Source of the DNA: Cycas panzhihuaensis
Taxonomy: Eukaryota; Plantae; Cycadophyta
Direction of reading: 5' to 3'
NCBI GenBank assembly: GCA_023213395.1
Contig: CM041465.1
Span: 93,131,741-93,195,740, forward strand
DNA: 64,000 nt
Shown: positions 11,586 to 25,325 of the stretch, piece by piece
Layout: each line of letters starts with the position of its first letter
Position numbering within the stretch: position 1 is the stretch's first letter
Notes under the pieces: model-generated
The model's database searches: none
What the model was told of the DNA's origin: nothing
Seen by the model: the letters and a program-made list of their open reading frames with translations, nothing else
Translations under genes and position numbers: made by a program

Positions 11586-14500
11586 CATATAACTATCTAT
11601 ATGGATTGCAAACAAGGTCATTAGGTCATAATAGAGTTATAACCCATAATAACATTTACAATTTGAGAAGTTAGACAAAGTTAAGAGTCTTAAATTTATC
11701 AATCTATATATATGTATATACAGATATACACACATACACATATACTCAAAAAGAAAAGAGAGAAGATATAAATAAACAAAAGAAAAGGAAGAAGAGAGAA
11801 AGGTAGAACTATTATGGTCTATCTTTGGAGGCAAAATTTCAGTTTATTAATAGACCTATAATCATTTTATAATAGGGCACTAGTTTATCACATTAGGCAC
11901 AAGTATGATTTGTTGAGATAATATTCAATGATCCTATTTCAGTGTGTACCTAGGGTCCCTCAAAGCCACCTTGGGCCTCCCTAGGTCACCTCAGGCCACA
12001 TAGTACCTCCCATTAGTTGCCAAAGGAGCTGATGCATCACTATTAATGTACATGTTTAATTATTGCATATTATTTTAAATATCTAATATGTTAGGTTGAG
12101 GCACATGTCGTCTCCCCAAAATTGCTTATAAATGGGGTGGGAATACCTCCCTGGTATTGTTTACACTGCCAAAGTTTCAATTAGAAATATTTACTTTCAT
12201 TTGTGAACTATGCACTCGCTATTGTGAATGGTCCTGCTCTGTACCTTGCTTCCATCATTTTGTTTCAAAGCATGGTTCGGTGGACTTAGGTTATGACACT
12301 TTCTCAACATTATTTGGTATGAGTTGATATCATTTGATTAAGAGTTTTAAACTATAGAGAAGTTTAGTAATATTTCTTTAATATTTCATTATACTACATT
12401 ATTTTTCATTATTCATTTTTTAGAATCATTAGTGGTCATTTTAGAACCAACTTATGCACCTATTATGTTGCTTAGAACCACAGCATATGATTGCTTATTT
12501 TGCTTGCAACTAAGTCATCTAGATGTTGGAAAAGATATCACCTTTTTTCGTTGATTGTGTCGAGAGATATCACTCCTAGAGTCAATATATAACTATTTTT
12601 AGCGTATTTTTGTCTAGAACCTTATTCTAACTCTATAGGCAACCATTCCTCATGAAATTTTACTAACTTTAAGCTAGTAGACATGTCTAGCTACATGTCA
12701 AATTTTGTGAGGATCTATACATCCAACGAGAAGATTGAATCATCATAAACTTTGTATCTAGGTTTTTTCGTCATTTCTTCTTTGTTTTTTCATTTAAAAC
12801 AAATAATTTTTAAAATTTTTTAATGATTTAGGCTGGTGAAGATGGGTGTCCTTATATAATGAGTAAGTTTGAAGAAATCTAATTTAATTTTAGTGATAAA
12901 TTTACCCACATTTAGCCTTTATTCTCAAATCTGTCACTACCTATTCTTCTCACTTTGTCTTCATATATTCTCTAAAAACCGTGTTTAAAATCACTTTTTG
13001 ATCTAATTTTGGCTTAATCCAACTCTATATTTGAATCTGCACCTTCTTAATCTTTAGTTTACATCTCTCAGATCAAATTTTTTCACTATTTAGGTTCAAT
13101 TTTACCTCTGCATTATCATAAAGGTTGCGAGGCCACGACCCTTGAAAAAAATTTAAATTTTTATATTATTTTGATATATTAAAATCAATTTGATTATATT
13201 TATAAAGTTGTTAAAGTTTAAAATAAATTTAATTATTGTTAATTATATTTAAATTTTGGCTTATAAAAGGGCTTATCCCCCTTGGTTCTTAGGCCCTAGT
13301 TTTATTTCCATGTGACCTTGATTTTAAGCTCTTTAAGAGGTTATTTTTCACTTTTTTAAAGTTATCTTTTTGACCTTGGGTGCCTTCATTAATAAATAAG
13401 CATTTACTAAGTGTTTGAGGTCCATTGCCCTCATATGCATTTATTTTTTGGTTTAAAATTATCCCATATAATCATGCACCCTAATTTTCAAAAAGGGGTT
13501 AATCTATTTTATTAAAGTTTTCTTTATATTTTTCCTTAAGAGACACTATCACATTTAATTGTGTAACTCATCATTGGCATATCAATTTTTAGTAAAACTA
13601 GTCTCATTAGGACCATATTTTAGATCACTACAGTGTGGAATCATTACTTGTTAAATTTGAGATTATTTTTACTGAGCTTTAATTTATCAAAGTGACCCCT
13701 TTTTTTAGTTGTTATCTTATCAGCCATAAAAAGGCTTGCTTATATTTTTTGTAATAACTTTGTCATATCAATGCCATTTTTCAAACCATTAGATTCATCA
13801 GAAAGGTATTTTAGAGTACTATAAGTTGGAATTAGTATTATTATATTTTGACATTATTTTATAGGTTTTTGAAACTAATCAACTTGAATTTCCTATTCAT
13901 CCCTGGATAAACCTATCTTATAACTTTTTTGAGTATTTCATTATTTCAAAAGATTATATTTGAAGTATTGTTTATTACTAATTGATTCTTAGAGTTATTA
14001 TTAGTCTTTGTATATACTTTAAAACTATTTTATAGCTAAGAGTTATCATTTTTAACACCTTGAGCTTTAAGTAACCTAAGTGGTTCAAAATTGGTAAACG
14101 AGTACTATCTATATTAAATCTATTTTATTTCTTATATTATCAATTGAATACATATAGTTTTCTAGAAATTTTATTACTTTGAGAAAAGATTCTACTTATA
14201 AATTTCAAGTTTCAAATAGTTATTCTTTCTTTACAAAGGAATAATTAGGCATTCATATTATCTTGTATAATTTGACAAAGAAGTCATCTTAATTTTTATT
14301 AAAAGTTTTAGTTCCTTATTCAACTTGAAAGCTACAAAGTTTAGTTGAAAATTTTAATTGATTATTTATCTAAAAAACTAGTTTCTATTTCAAAGCATTA
14401 AAGGATCTCTTATTACATTACATTCAAAATGAGCATATAGTCTCTTATTTTTTTTCTATAAAATATATGAATTTAAAAGAACTAGTTTGTAAACTAGCTT

Positions 14501-15349
14501 ATATTCTTTGGTTTATTTGAAGAAGAAGAACATCTTTATTATGATTTAAAGAAAGTTATAGAATTTTTCATTTAAAGAAAATTTTGAATCATATTTCCAT
14601 TTCATAAAAGTTTATCTTCATTTATCTTGTTTAAAGGATTTACTTTTGAAGTTATTTTCATTTCCTGCATAAAATGAACCTTACAAAATCTAAGTAAGAC
14701 CATATTTCTAATTAAATATAATCTCACATTAAAAAAGATAACTCATAAATCAAACACACTATTTTCTAGCCTTGCAAGTGGAACAATTAAGACATCTAAA
14801 GTTACCACCATGTGCATGCCAACTAGCCTACTTATATTAGATGAGGAAATCCATTGGCTATAAGGTTTATTAGGTGGTAGGCTGAGGTGGAGAACCAATC
14901 CTTTCTCCGTATTCAAAGACTAATGTTAGACCTAAAGAGGGTGAGTGCCTTGGTTCATGCAACCTTCACTATTAGATTTATCACTAGGCATAAGTCTGGT
15001 GTAAGTGGACCAACAACTCATACAAGTATAAATAGATCCTTGAACTTATGTATAAGTATATTAAGTTTCTATTTTTCTACTTGTGGGTAGACACTATTAG
15101 ACAAAATAGCAACTGAAGATTTCCCTTGGAGACCCTTGAACTTAGAGCCTAGAAGCCTTATTAGGGACTAGGACACTTTTAAAACTTTAGGCAAAACTTT
15201 TAATATTATCTCTTGGGTTAAATTTTAATTCTAAACATTTGTATACCTCATTTTATTTACCACCTTTAAAACCTTAGCTAAAAATAACATCTAGTTTTGG
15301 AAACAAAATAATTCTTAAATTTGATGGAAATAATTTTCTAAATTAGAGC

Positions 15350-18248
15350 TACTTCCTCTAAGCTCTAAAACCTTATAAGCAAATTCAAAAAATTGTGAAT
15401 AATGCCCACAGAATCAGTAACCAAGTTTATGACTAAAGTTTAGAATATAGTTAACCAAATGAGGTCACTTAGGGATACATTGATAGAACAACGAGTGGTA
15501 GAAAGAATATTAAGGTGTGTTGGTGCTATTAGAAGATTTGAAATGGCTGCAATAAGTATAGGATGACAAAAGATCTAAGTACACTAAAAGTAGAGCAACT
15601 AAGTGCTATGCTAATGTCAATCAAAGAGTAACATAATGCTAATAAATCGCTTGAGCATGCCTTTGCTACTAAGGTTAGGATTCAATCACACTCTCATGAA
15701 GGAATTTTAAAATCTAGGGAATCACCTCCCAAGAGAAGGAATAGAAACCCTAAAAGGGACGTAAGATAAGACCTATTTAAGTACCAAGCTCTATATCAAA
15801 GGAGACAAGGAGGAAATCAATAAAATGTAAATCCTCCTAGGTACCCAAATTAAGGAAAATAATCTAAGGGGCACACATATTATCCCAATTATCAAGGGAA
15901 TATTTAAACCTCGAGATCAAATTAGAACTACTATGATAATGGGTAAAGAGAAAATCCACCTCTATATTATGAGGAAAGGGGGAGACCTTCCAATATTGAT
16001 AGAACTCATCTAAGAAGTAGAAGTCTAAGTTATGGAAGGATAGAACCCTTATATTGCACATATTGTCATCAAAGTGGTCACTCAGAAGATAAGTATTTCT
16101 GCAAACATAGACCACCCACCAAAGGGATTGCCCATACCATTATAGAAATAAGGGATAACAATAGATTATTTTTATCTAGTTTTACTACCAAAGAAGAAGA
16201 GGATGATAGTTGGTATATTAGCTCGGGTTGTTTGACCAACATGACTTATAAGGAACACATATTTCATCCCTTAGATAAAATTAGAAAAGGATTAATAATC
16301 TTTGACGATGATACGTCCTACGAATCTATTGGTAGAGGTAATATAGCCCTCATAACAGATGTAGGAGAGTATAGGCATCTTGATGATATCTTATATGTTC
16401 CTTAAAGAAAAACTTATTATCAATAGGGCAGATGATGGGACAAGACTATAATGTCATATTTGATAATAGTAAGTGTATGATCAAGGAAAAAAAGAGAAAT
16501 AAGGCTATAGTAGCAAAAGGAAAGATGACCAAAGATAAATTATTCAAACTTATTCTTACTCCTTCGGATACCTATACCCTAAAAACTACAGTCAAAGTAG
16601 ATAGTGAATAATGGCATAGGAGATTTGTCCATCCTAACTATAGTAGTTTGGCCTTTATGAAAAAAATGGATATGGTAAATAGGTTACCAAATATCGAAGT
16701 GGACAAAAACCTATATGAAGGATGCCTACTTGGTAAACAACATAGAGAAATCTTTCTAGACTTCAGTCATTGGGAAACAAGTCTACTTCAATTGGTATAT
16801 ACAAATATATGCAGTCTAATGGATATCCCCTCATTAGTAGGAGCCCTCTACTTCATCATGTTCATCAATGATTACACTAGGAAGACATGGGTATTCTTCC
16901 TTATCAAATCAGATGCATTTCAAAACTTTGTTAACTTCAAAACCTTTATGGAGTGATAAAGTATATATAAGCTACTATCTCTAAGATCAGACAATGGGGG
17001 AGAATTTATCTCCAATGAATTTAAAGCATTTTGCATTCATCATGGAATTAGAAGGAAACTCACTAATCCCTACACTCCATAGTAAAATAGTGTAGTAGAA
17101 TGGAAAAATCACATAATTATCAAAATGGCTAGGTACATGTTAAAGGACAAGAATTTGGGTCATGAATTTTGGGCAGATATAGTACATACAACTATCTATC
17201 TCCTCAACATATGTTCCACAAAAGCCCAAAGGTGGAAAACACCTGAAGAAGCTTAGACCAGCTATAAACTAAGTGTACATCACCTTAGAGTCTTCAGGTG
17301 CCTAGTATATGCTCATGTTTCTTATCAAAGGAGATCCAAGTTAGATTATCATATCATCAAATATATATTCCTTGGCTATAGTAAATCCTCTAAATCATAC
17401 AAAGTTTATGATACTAAGTCAAAAAGGGTCATGTTAAGTAAAGATGTTAAATTCCAAGAGGATGCCTATTATCAAGATATTCAAGAAAAGAAGAAAGAAG
17501 TTGTAATCAATTTTGATAAATCCTCTAAATCTAAGTATGTGTCTCCTATGTTTGACTCTAGAAGAGTCATCAATAAACCTAGTAAGGAGGGAACTTCCTC
17601 TCAACTTCCACCACAAAATCTTCTAAAATGGGTTCAATGAAATCATGACATAGGTAACATATTAGACAACACTCATAGATTCACACGCTTACATAGGGTT
17701 AATTTTGCCCTTATGAGCAAAGTATTAGAATTTCTTAAGCCTCAGACTTTTGATGAGGCCAATGAACATGCATCTTGGAGAAAGATGATGGTAGATGAAT
17801 ACCATTCCAGTGTTAAAAATGACACTTGGGAATTGGTCAATTTACCTCTAAATAAAAAGGCAATTAGAATCAAATATATCTATAAAACTAAGTTTTGCTC
17901 AGATGGATCAATTGATAAATACAAGACTAGATTAGTTGCTAAGGTTATGCCTAAAAAGAAGGCATCAACTATAATAAAATATTTGGCTCTATTTCTAGGA
18001 TAGAAATAATTAGAATGATGATGAGTTTAGCTGCCCAAATGGGATAGAAATTCTACCAAATGGACGTTAAAAGTGCCTTCCTCAATGGCTATATTGAAGG
18101 GGATATTTATGTCACTCAATCCCTCAATTTTGAAGTTAGGGGGGTAGAAAACAAAATACACAAACTTAAAATAGCACTCTATAGATTGAAACAAGCACTC
18201 AGGGCCTGGTATTCCTGCATAGATAAATACTTTAGAGATCAAGGCTTT
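15350..18248 (+). pseudogene. Element A gag-protease-integrase-RT (5' part)
   Basis: UBN2-like gag, protease SWYISSGC, integrase YFIMFINDYTRKTWVFF and LRSDNGGEF, RT KNDTWELV, YKTRLVAK and MDVKSAFLNG. Many stops and frameshifts. Confidence 0.93.
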
Positions 18249-18749
18249 GAAAGTGTAATGAAAGAGGTATCATATGCAACATCTGAATAAAATGTAAAGC
18301 AAAAATAATTCATAAATAGACATTGCATAGATACACATTATTGGCAAGTGGAAAACCCCTTCTGGGGAAGAAAAACCACCTTTGAAAGTTGATCTATTGG
18401 CTAAGAATATATGCATATAAGACAAGAACCTAAACAGACTAACATACTTCCATATCAGACAATACCTTTGGACCAACCTTAAGACAAACTTTTGACAACT
18501 AGATAACCTCCTAGATTCTAGGAGGAGCTTTTTAAGGAGTGAGAGGTTCGTTGAAATGGGCAGTTGCTCATTTCAATGAACTTACAAAATAAATAATAAT
18601 TAAACATAAATTATATCAAACTGACCTTAGTAACTTAAGTTTACATTTTTGATATGTGACATAAAAAGGTAACATTAACATTCCTAATATCCCCCTTTAA
18701 TGTTAACTTTTTATATAATATAGAAGATAAAAAAGGTCTTCATCATCTT

Positions 18750-21700
18750 GATACCTCTTTGATGGAGACTTCTTTTATCTTCAATAAATATCATAGATGT
18801 AAAAACTTCACTTTAGTCAATGATTTGGTAAGAATGTTAGCAACCTATAGATCTATAGGACAATAAGATAAATGAATAATATTATTAGTAACAAGATTAC
18901 GTATAAAATATTGATGCAATTCTATATGCTTAGTTCTTGAATAAGCAACAGGATTAGTAGCAATAGTAATAGCACCTTGATTATTAATTTTAAGTTCTAT
19001 AGAAGAGTTAGGAAATAGACCAAGTTTATTTAAAAGAGATTTAATCCATAATACTTCTTTATTAGCTTCAACAAGCACTCGATATTTAGCTTTTGTTGTT
19101 GAAGCTAGAGCCTGTATTTTTTTACTAGACCAAGTAATAGATGAGGAATCTAAGAAAAAAATATAGCTATCTGTTGATTTTTGGTCATTGGAGTCTCCTG
19201 CCTAATCTGAATCAATATATCATGTTAATGTTAGAGGGTTATTACAAAAATTATAAGTTAAGCCATAAAAAATAGTACTTTAAAGATATCTAAGAATATG
19301 TTTAACAACTTTCCAATGTGATTCATATAGTTTTTGCATATATCACGAACATAGAGCAACAGCATAGGAGATATTTGATCGAGTATGTGTTAAATAAATT
19401 AGGCTTCCAATGAGTTTCCTATATAATGTTGGATCACAAAGTGGTGTAGAACAAGTAGTAGATAACTTAACTCCTGATTGTAAGGGATTAGAAGCAGGTT
19501 TAACATTTTCTATGTTAAACCTTTTGATTAAGTCTAAAATATATTTAGGTTGAGATATTATTATTTTTAAATCATTTTAATAAATTTGTAATCCAAGGAA
19601 ATAATGTAAAAGATCTAAGTCAGTCATTTCAAATTTATTCATCAAGATTGATTTTAGTTAATGAATATTATTGTTAGAAAATCTTGTAATGATGATATCA
19701 TCAACATATAGAATTAATATGGTAATATTCTTATCTTCACATTTAAAGTAGAGGTTTAGATCACTAATATATCTAGTGTATCTATTTTGAGTAAGATAAT
19801 CATTTACTTTTGTGTATCAAATTCGAGGAGCTTGTTTCAACCCGTAGATTCATTTCTTTAACTTATAAACCAAGTTAGGATTGTCAACAAAGCCAAGAAG
19901 TTGAGTCATGTAGATTTCTTATTTGAGATAACCATTTAAAAAAGCATTCTTAACATCCATTTGATAGATTTCCCAACTAAATTTAGTTGCCAGAGCAATA
20001 ACAGTTTTGATAGTATTTATTTTTGCAACAGGGGTGAAGGTTTCATTATAATCAATACCATCAATTTGTGAGAAACCTTTTGTAACTAAGTGAGCTTTGT
20101 TATTTTTAAGAGTTCCTGTTGAATTGAATATAATTCGATAAACCCATTTACAATTAACTAGATTCTTTCCTGGCAGTAAAGTAACAAGATCCCAAGTTGA
20201 ATTTTTTTTCAGAGCATTTATTTCAACTTGCATGGCTTGCTACCATATGGGATTATTACTAGCTTGTTTAAATGTTTTAGGATCATCATTAGCCATTATT
20301 TTGGCCATTAATGCATAAGTAGTTTGTAGTTTTTGATAATGTATTCTCCTGGTATCTAAAGGATTACCTACATCAGATCTAGCATTAGAAAGAGTTTTCT
20401 CTATCCATATAGGTTGCTTGTTCATAGAAGATTCTATAGTAATTAGTTGATCTGAAAAAATAGGCTAGGAGGAAGTATTTATAGCAGTTGGTTCAGATAA
20501 AGTCCAATTCTTGACTTGCATAGATAAAGATTCTATCATTTTAGAGTCCGCTTATTTTTCTAAGGGGTCAACCAAATAAGTGTTGGTTAAAATTTTCTCA
20601 ATTAGAAGTTCTATGTAAGTAGAATTTGATGTAGATCCTTCTTCATCAAATATTACATCACATAAGATTAAAATTTTATGTGGGATTAGATCTAGAAGTC
20701 TATATGCTTTGCTTTCTTTGATGTAACCAATAAAGATATATTTTAAACTTTTAGGATCTAGTTTCTTACATTTTTCTTTGGGAACATCTCCCCATGCAAT
20801 ACTTTTAAAGATTCTAAGATGTTTAACTAAAGGTTTATGACCATACCACTTTTATTCTAGTATAACAGTCTTTAAGGTCTTAGTAGGTAGACGATTTAGA
20901 AGATAGTTAGAGCAAGCAATTGCTTCTGCCTATAACTTTAAATCAAGATTCATTACATGTAGCATACATTGTGTCATTTCAACTAGAGTATAGTTTGTAC
21001 ATTCAACAACACCATTTTATTGAGGAGTGTAATCAACTGAATGCTGAAATTAAATTCTTTATTTTTTTGTAAAAAGAAATAAACTTGCTACTTAGGTACT
21101 CTTTAGCGTTGTCATATTTGAAATTTTTTATTTTTGAATTATATTAATTTTCAACAAGTGTTTTGAATTCAATAAAGATGTCAAATACTTAGTTTCTAGT
21201 TTTGAGTATGTATACCCAACATTTTCTTAAAAATTCATCAATAAAGGTGATAAAATAATGACTTCTAGAGTATGAAGTTACTTAGAATGGTCCACATATA
21301 TTAGAGTGAACAAGTTCAAGTGGAACTTTCACTGTGAATTGAGTCTGATGTAGAAAGGGATCCATATGTTGCTTACCTATTATGCAGGCTTCAAAAACAC
21401 CATAGATGGAAGTTAGAAAGGGAAGACCATGAATCATATCATGTATTTTTAGATAATGATTTTTTCCATATCTAGTATGGTCAAACTGTGCATGCCATAA
21501 TTTACTGACTAGATCAAATTTAGCTACAAAGGTACTAAAAGACTTTGTTTTAGTACTTTATAAACTAGTTAAGTTATAGAGGCCTATTTTATGATTAACA
21601 AGTTTAGAGGAGATAGATTTGAATTTGTTTAAAGGTTCTTTAATAATAAATTTGTCTTTCCAGAATTTGATAACAAGATATTTTTGGCAGATTTGGTAAA

Positions 21701-22936
21701 CAGAAAGAAGATTTGGTAACAAACTAGGCACGTAGAATACATCCTTGATTGAACCATCTTTTAGAGTGACATCACCTAATCCTTTCACTTTGAGTTGAGA
21801 TCCACTCTTAAAAGAAATCTCTTCTTCAGAGTTTGTGTTAGAATGATAAGTGGTTAAATTCTCCTGGTGTCCTATCATATGATGGGAAGCACCAGAGTCA
21901 AGAATCTATTAGGATGATAGATTAGATGGAGCAATGAAGGTAGAGGTTATAGTAGTTAAGGAATGATTATGTGATTGGGTTCGTGATTGAATTCCCTTGG
22001 AGGCTTTCCAAGCTTTTGAAGATATTTTATTTCTACAATATCAATAGTGTGGGATTTTTTTTAGTAATAAGCACCATTGATGTTTTGTGAAGGATTTATA
22101 GTGTTTCGATTTGGAACAAATTATTTAGAGGCATTTTGGTATCTGGGTGGTCCAGAATACTTAGTATTATTTTGAGAAGTAGTTGGTGGACTTCTGTAAG
22201 GTTTATGAAACTTAGAATTACTATTATAATTATTTTGATGTTTAGTTTTATTTTGTAGTTTTGATTTTGAAAAGAAAGCCTAAGAATGATCCTTTAATTT
22301 TTTGGTTCGAATCAACATTATTTGGTGTTCTATCAGTTGATTTGTCAATTGATTGAAGGCTATTAGTGGATTACCAACTTGCTATCTAATAGCCTTGAAG
22401 AGATTAAAATGCTTCAGAAGTTTGTTTATTTCTAAACAGATGAGTATATTATTATCTTTGGCATGTGTGATTTTTTCTTCTTTATCACCTACTTTTACTG
22501 TAGATTTAATACAATTTCCTAGTTCTTTGTTGATAAGTTAAATTTTGGATAAGAAATCTTTGACTTTAGAATAGTCATCATACTTGAGGTCATATAATTA
22601 TTGTTCTAGGACAACTAATTGTTGTGAGTTGACCTTGTCATACTTTTCCTTAAGAGTCTTCCAGACAGTGGCAAAATCATCTGAATTAGAGAATTACTGA
22701 CTAATGTCAAGTGAAAGAGACGATAGGATACTGCCTAAGGCTCCATCACAATTCATCATATAGACCATATAACTTTTTAATTTTTTATCTTTTGGTTTTA
22801 CAAATTCACCTGTAACATATTGTCATATCTTTTGTTGTTTAAGTTGATGGGATATTTGATTTTTCCAATTGGCATAATTTGAGTCATTAAAAACTGGAAT
22901 TGGTATACAGGGAGTTAAACTTGGCATGAGTGCCAT
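18750..22936 (-). pseudogene. Element B gag-pol
   Basis: Gag PIPVFNDSNYANWK, protease ILDSGASHHM, integrase, RT KNSTWDLV..YQMDVKNAFLNG and RNase H HSRTKHIE-like motif. Many stops. Confidence 0.93.
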
Positions 22937-22958
22937 TATGGATACAAAATGATTATTA

Positions 22959-23045
22959 GAGATCCTCTTAAAAGTGGTTTTGACAAGTTTGACTGTAGAT
23001 GATTTGAGATCCTCTTAAAAGAGGTTTTGGCAAGTTTGACTGTAG
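22959..23045. repeat. 47-bp tandem duplication just upstream of element B gag
   Basis: gagatcctcttaaaag(t/a)ggtttt(ga/gg)caagtttgactgtag occurs twice. Confidence 0.85.
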
Positions 23046-23864
23046 GTGAATTAATAAATTAAATAAGTCATAAAACTCATTGATAACCACTAAACATTAA
23101 AGGTATCCTTTAATTTTCTATTGATAATTAATAGAGACATTTAATTAGGTATTTGTGGTAGAGACATGAATAAAGGTTCTTAAGATCATTATTATTTGAG
23201 ATAATTTGTCTAGATACCCTCCCCTAGAGAAAAAGAAAATTAAAGATAAATATCCCCCTTGTTATTAATGTAGATTAATTTTTTGAAAAGGTATCAAGTT
23301 GATAAATGATTTAATTAAAAGTGATGTAGGGAATTAGATGTAAGAAATCAAGTTAATTTAAGAAATCTTAAAGTTTTACTATGGATTTATTAAATGATGG
23401 ATAAGTGGGGGGTTTATGACTATATATTAGTATTTAAATTATAGGGTTTAAAAGAAAATAAATAATTAAGAAAAGGAGAGGTATAAAATTTAATCAAAAG
23501 TGGAGAAGTATTCTCACTTTGATTTAATTAATTACTAGGATGAAATTGATAAGTTATCTTAAGGTTAAGTAAGTTTGATTAAACATCATAAATTAATTAT
23601 TAAAATATTAAAAAGGTAGGGGGGGGAGGGTACTACACCTCTTTTATGTTATACTAAATCATTTGATTGAATGTTAAAAAGGGGAGGTAAAACATTTAAT
23701 TAGATTAATTGAATAACAAAAAAAAATATTTATATCATATTTAATTTTATTTGATGTCCTTTTAGGGTTAGGAAACCCCACCTGTTTGTTTATGTATTCA
23801 GGTCAAGGGGGCGGCGATGGTATTGGATCAATCTTTAGGTTGAGATAGCTATGGCGGTGGATCT

Positions 23865-23980
23865 GCATCTTCATTTTCTTTGCATTCAAGGTGGTGACTG
23901 GCTCTTTGTCCTCATTCATCTTTGCATTTGAGGTGGTGACTGGCTCTACATCTTCATATTCATCTTTGTATTCGAGGCAA
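23865..23980. repeat. ~42-45-bp tandem repeat (about 2.5 copies) in the element B leader
   Basis: The unit tcatctttgcatt(t/c)gaggtggtgactggctct is repeated. Confidence 0.75.
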
Positions 23981-24208
23981 TGATGGCATAGGCAAGATGT
24001 TCTTCTTGCGTTCTCTTGACATTTAAGGTGTTGTCTTCAAAGCGGACCAGTCCAATGGTGGTGCTTTGTTATCTATCTTCCAACGGTTACTTTGTTATTT
24101 CATCTCCTAAGGTTTTGCTAGTAGTTCTCCTTCATTGGAGTCTTTGAGTTTCAGATCGTGTTTCTTCTTTCTTCTTCTACATCTTACAGCTTGAATACCT
24201 GGGTTTAA

Positions 24209-24613
24209 ACTAGAGAAGTCCATTATATTATAGTTACAGAACTCCTCAACCTTCAGCAATCTCCTAGCATGGTTGTTATTGATATAAGGGATGAAGAGAG
24301 GAGCTATGATGGGCACATAGCAGGTTCCTTTCACTATGCTAGTGATACATTCGAGGATCAAATCCTAGAGATTCTTCAAAATATAAAGGGCAAAGATACC
24401 CTTGTCTTTCATTGTGCCTTAAGTAATGTTCGCAGACCATCATATGCTTACATGCTTGCAGAAAATTTGTCAGAAAATGATTATGTTGGAACATCAAATA
24501 TTCATAAAATTCTTATTCTTGAGAGAGGCTTTAGTGGATGGCAAGCTACAGGATGACCTATTTGTTGATGCATGGAGATTATTTGCAAAGGTTACAAGAT
24601 AGACACGACGTAA
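24209..24613 (+). pseudogene. CDC25: Intronless CDC25/ACR2-like (rhodanese-fold arsenate reductase/phosphatase) copy, antisense within the element B leader
   Basis: Reads TREVHYI..VVIDIRDEERSYDGHIAGSFHYAS..KDTLVFHCALSNVRRP..ILERGFSGWQATG*PIC*CMEIICKG, collinear with plant CDC25/ACR2. The start Met is lost and there are two in-frame TGA codons. Confidence 0.95.
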
Positions 24614-25325
24614 CTTACACCCAAGGATTTGAATTGCATTCTATAATTTGAACTTGGGACGTAATTTTATTATCTGTTAGTAATAGTGATCTTCTTTGTA
24701 GGCTATTGCCAGTGAGCTACGGTTAGAAATGAGAGATTCCTGCATTATTTATCTTAATGCTATATGTCTGAAACAAAGTCAAGCCAAGACTATTGATATT
24801 TAAGATATTGATGGTTATAGTTCTCTACAATCCACTTACATCTTGGATGTAAACTAAAAGAGGTAATGGAAGGATCTGATACCATGTAACGAAAGAGGTA
24901 TCATATGCAACATCTGAATCAAATGTAAAGCACAAACAATTCACAAATAGACATCACATAGATACACATTATTGGTAGGTGGAAAACCCCTTCTAGGGAA
25001 GAAAAACCACCTCTGAAAGTTGATCTATTAGTTGAGAATATATGCACATAAGACAAGAACCTAACCAGACTGACATACCTCCATACCAGATAATACCTTC
25101 GAACTAGCCTTAAGATAAACTTTTGACAACTAGACAACCTCCTAGATTCTAGGAGGAGCTTTTCAAGGAGTGAGAGGTTCATTGAAATAGGCAGTTTCTC
25201 ATTTCAATGAACTTACAAAATAAACAATAATTAAACATAAATTATATCAAACTAACCTTAGTAACTTAAGTTTACATTTTTGACATGTGACATAAAAAGG
25301 TAACATTAACATTCTTAATAGAAAG

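Larger units (their letters stand above)
18254..25320 (-). mobile_element. Ty1/copia element B, full length and decayed, inserted in the RT of element A
   Basis: 436-bp LTRs at 18254-18689 and 24885-25320 (about 8% divergent by eye, mostly transitions), TSD GAAAG, PBS at 24873-24884 (TGGTATCAGATC on the minus strand), PPT at 18690-18698. Confidence 0.96.

Noticed and set aside
23761-23772. TTTAGGGTTAGG telomere-like motif
   Set aside because: Fewer than two units; not an array.
18270-25182. Similar short ORFs at 18270-18476 and 24919-25182
   Set aside because: They are chance frames in the paired LTRs of B. The same applies to the ORF pairs in the LTRs of C and E.
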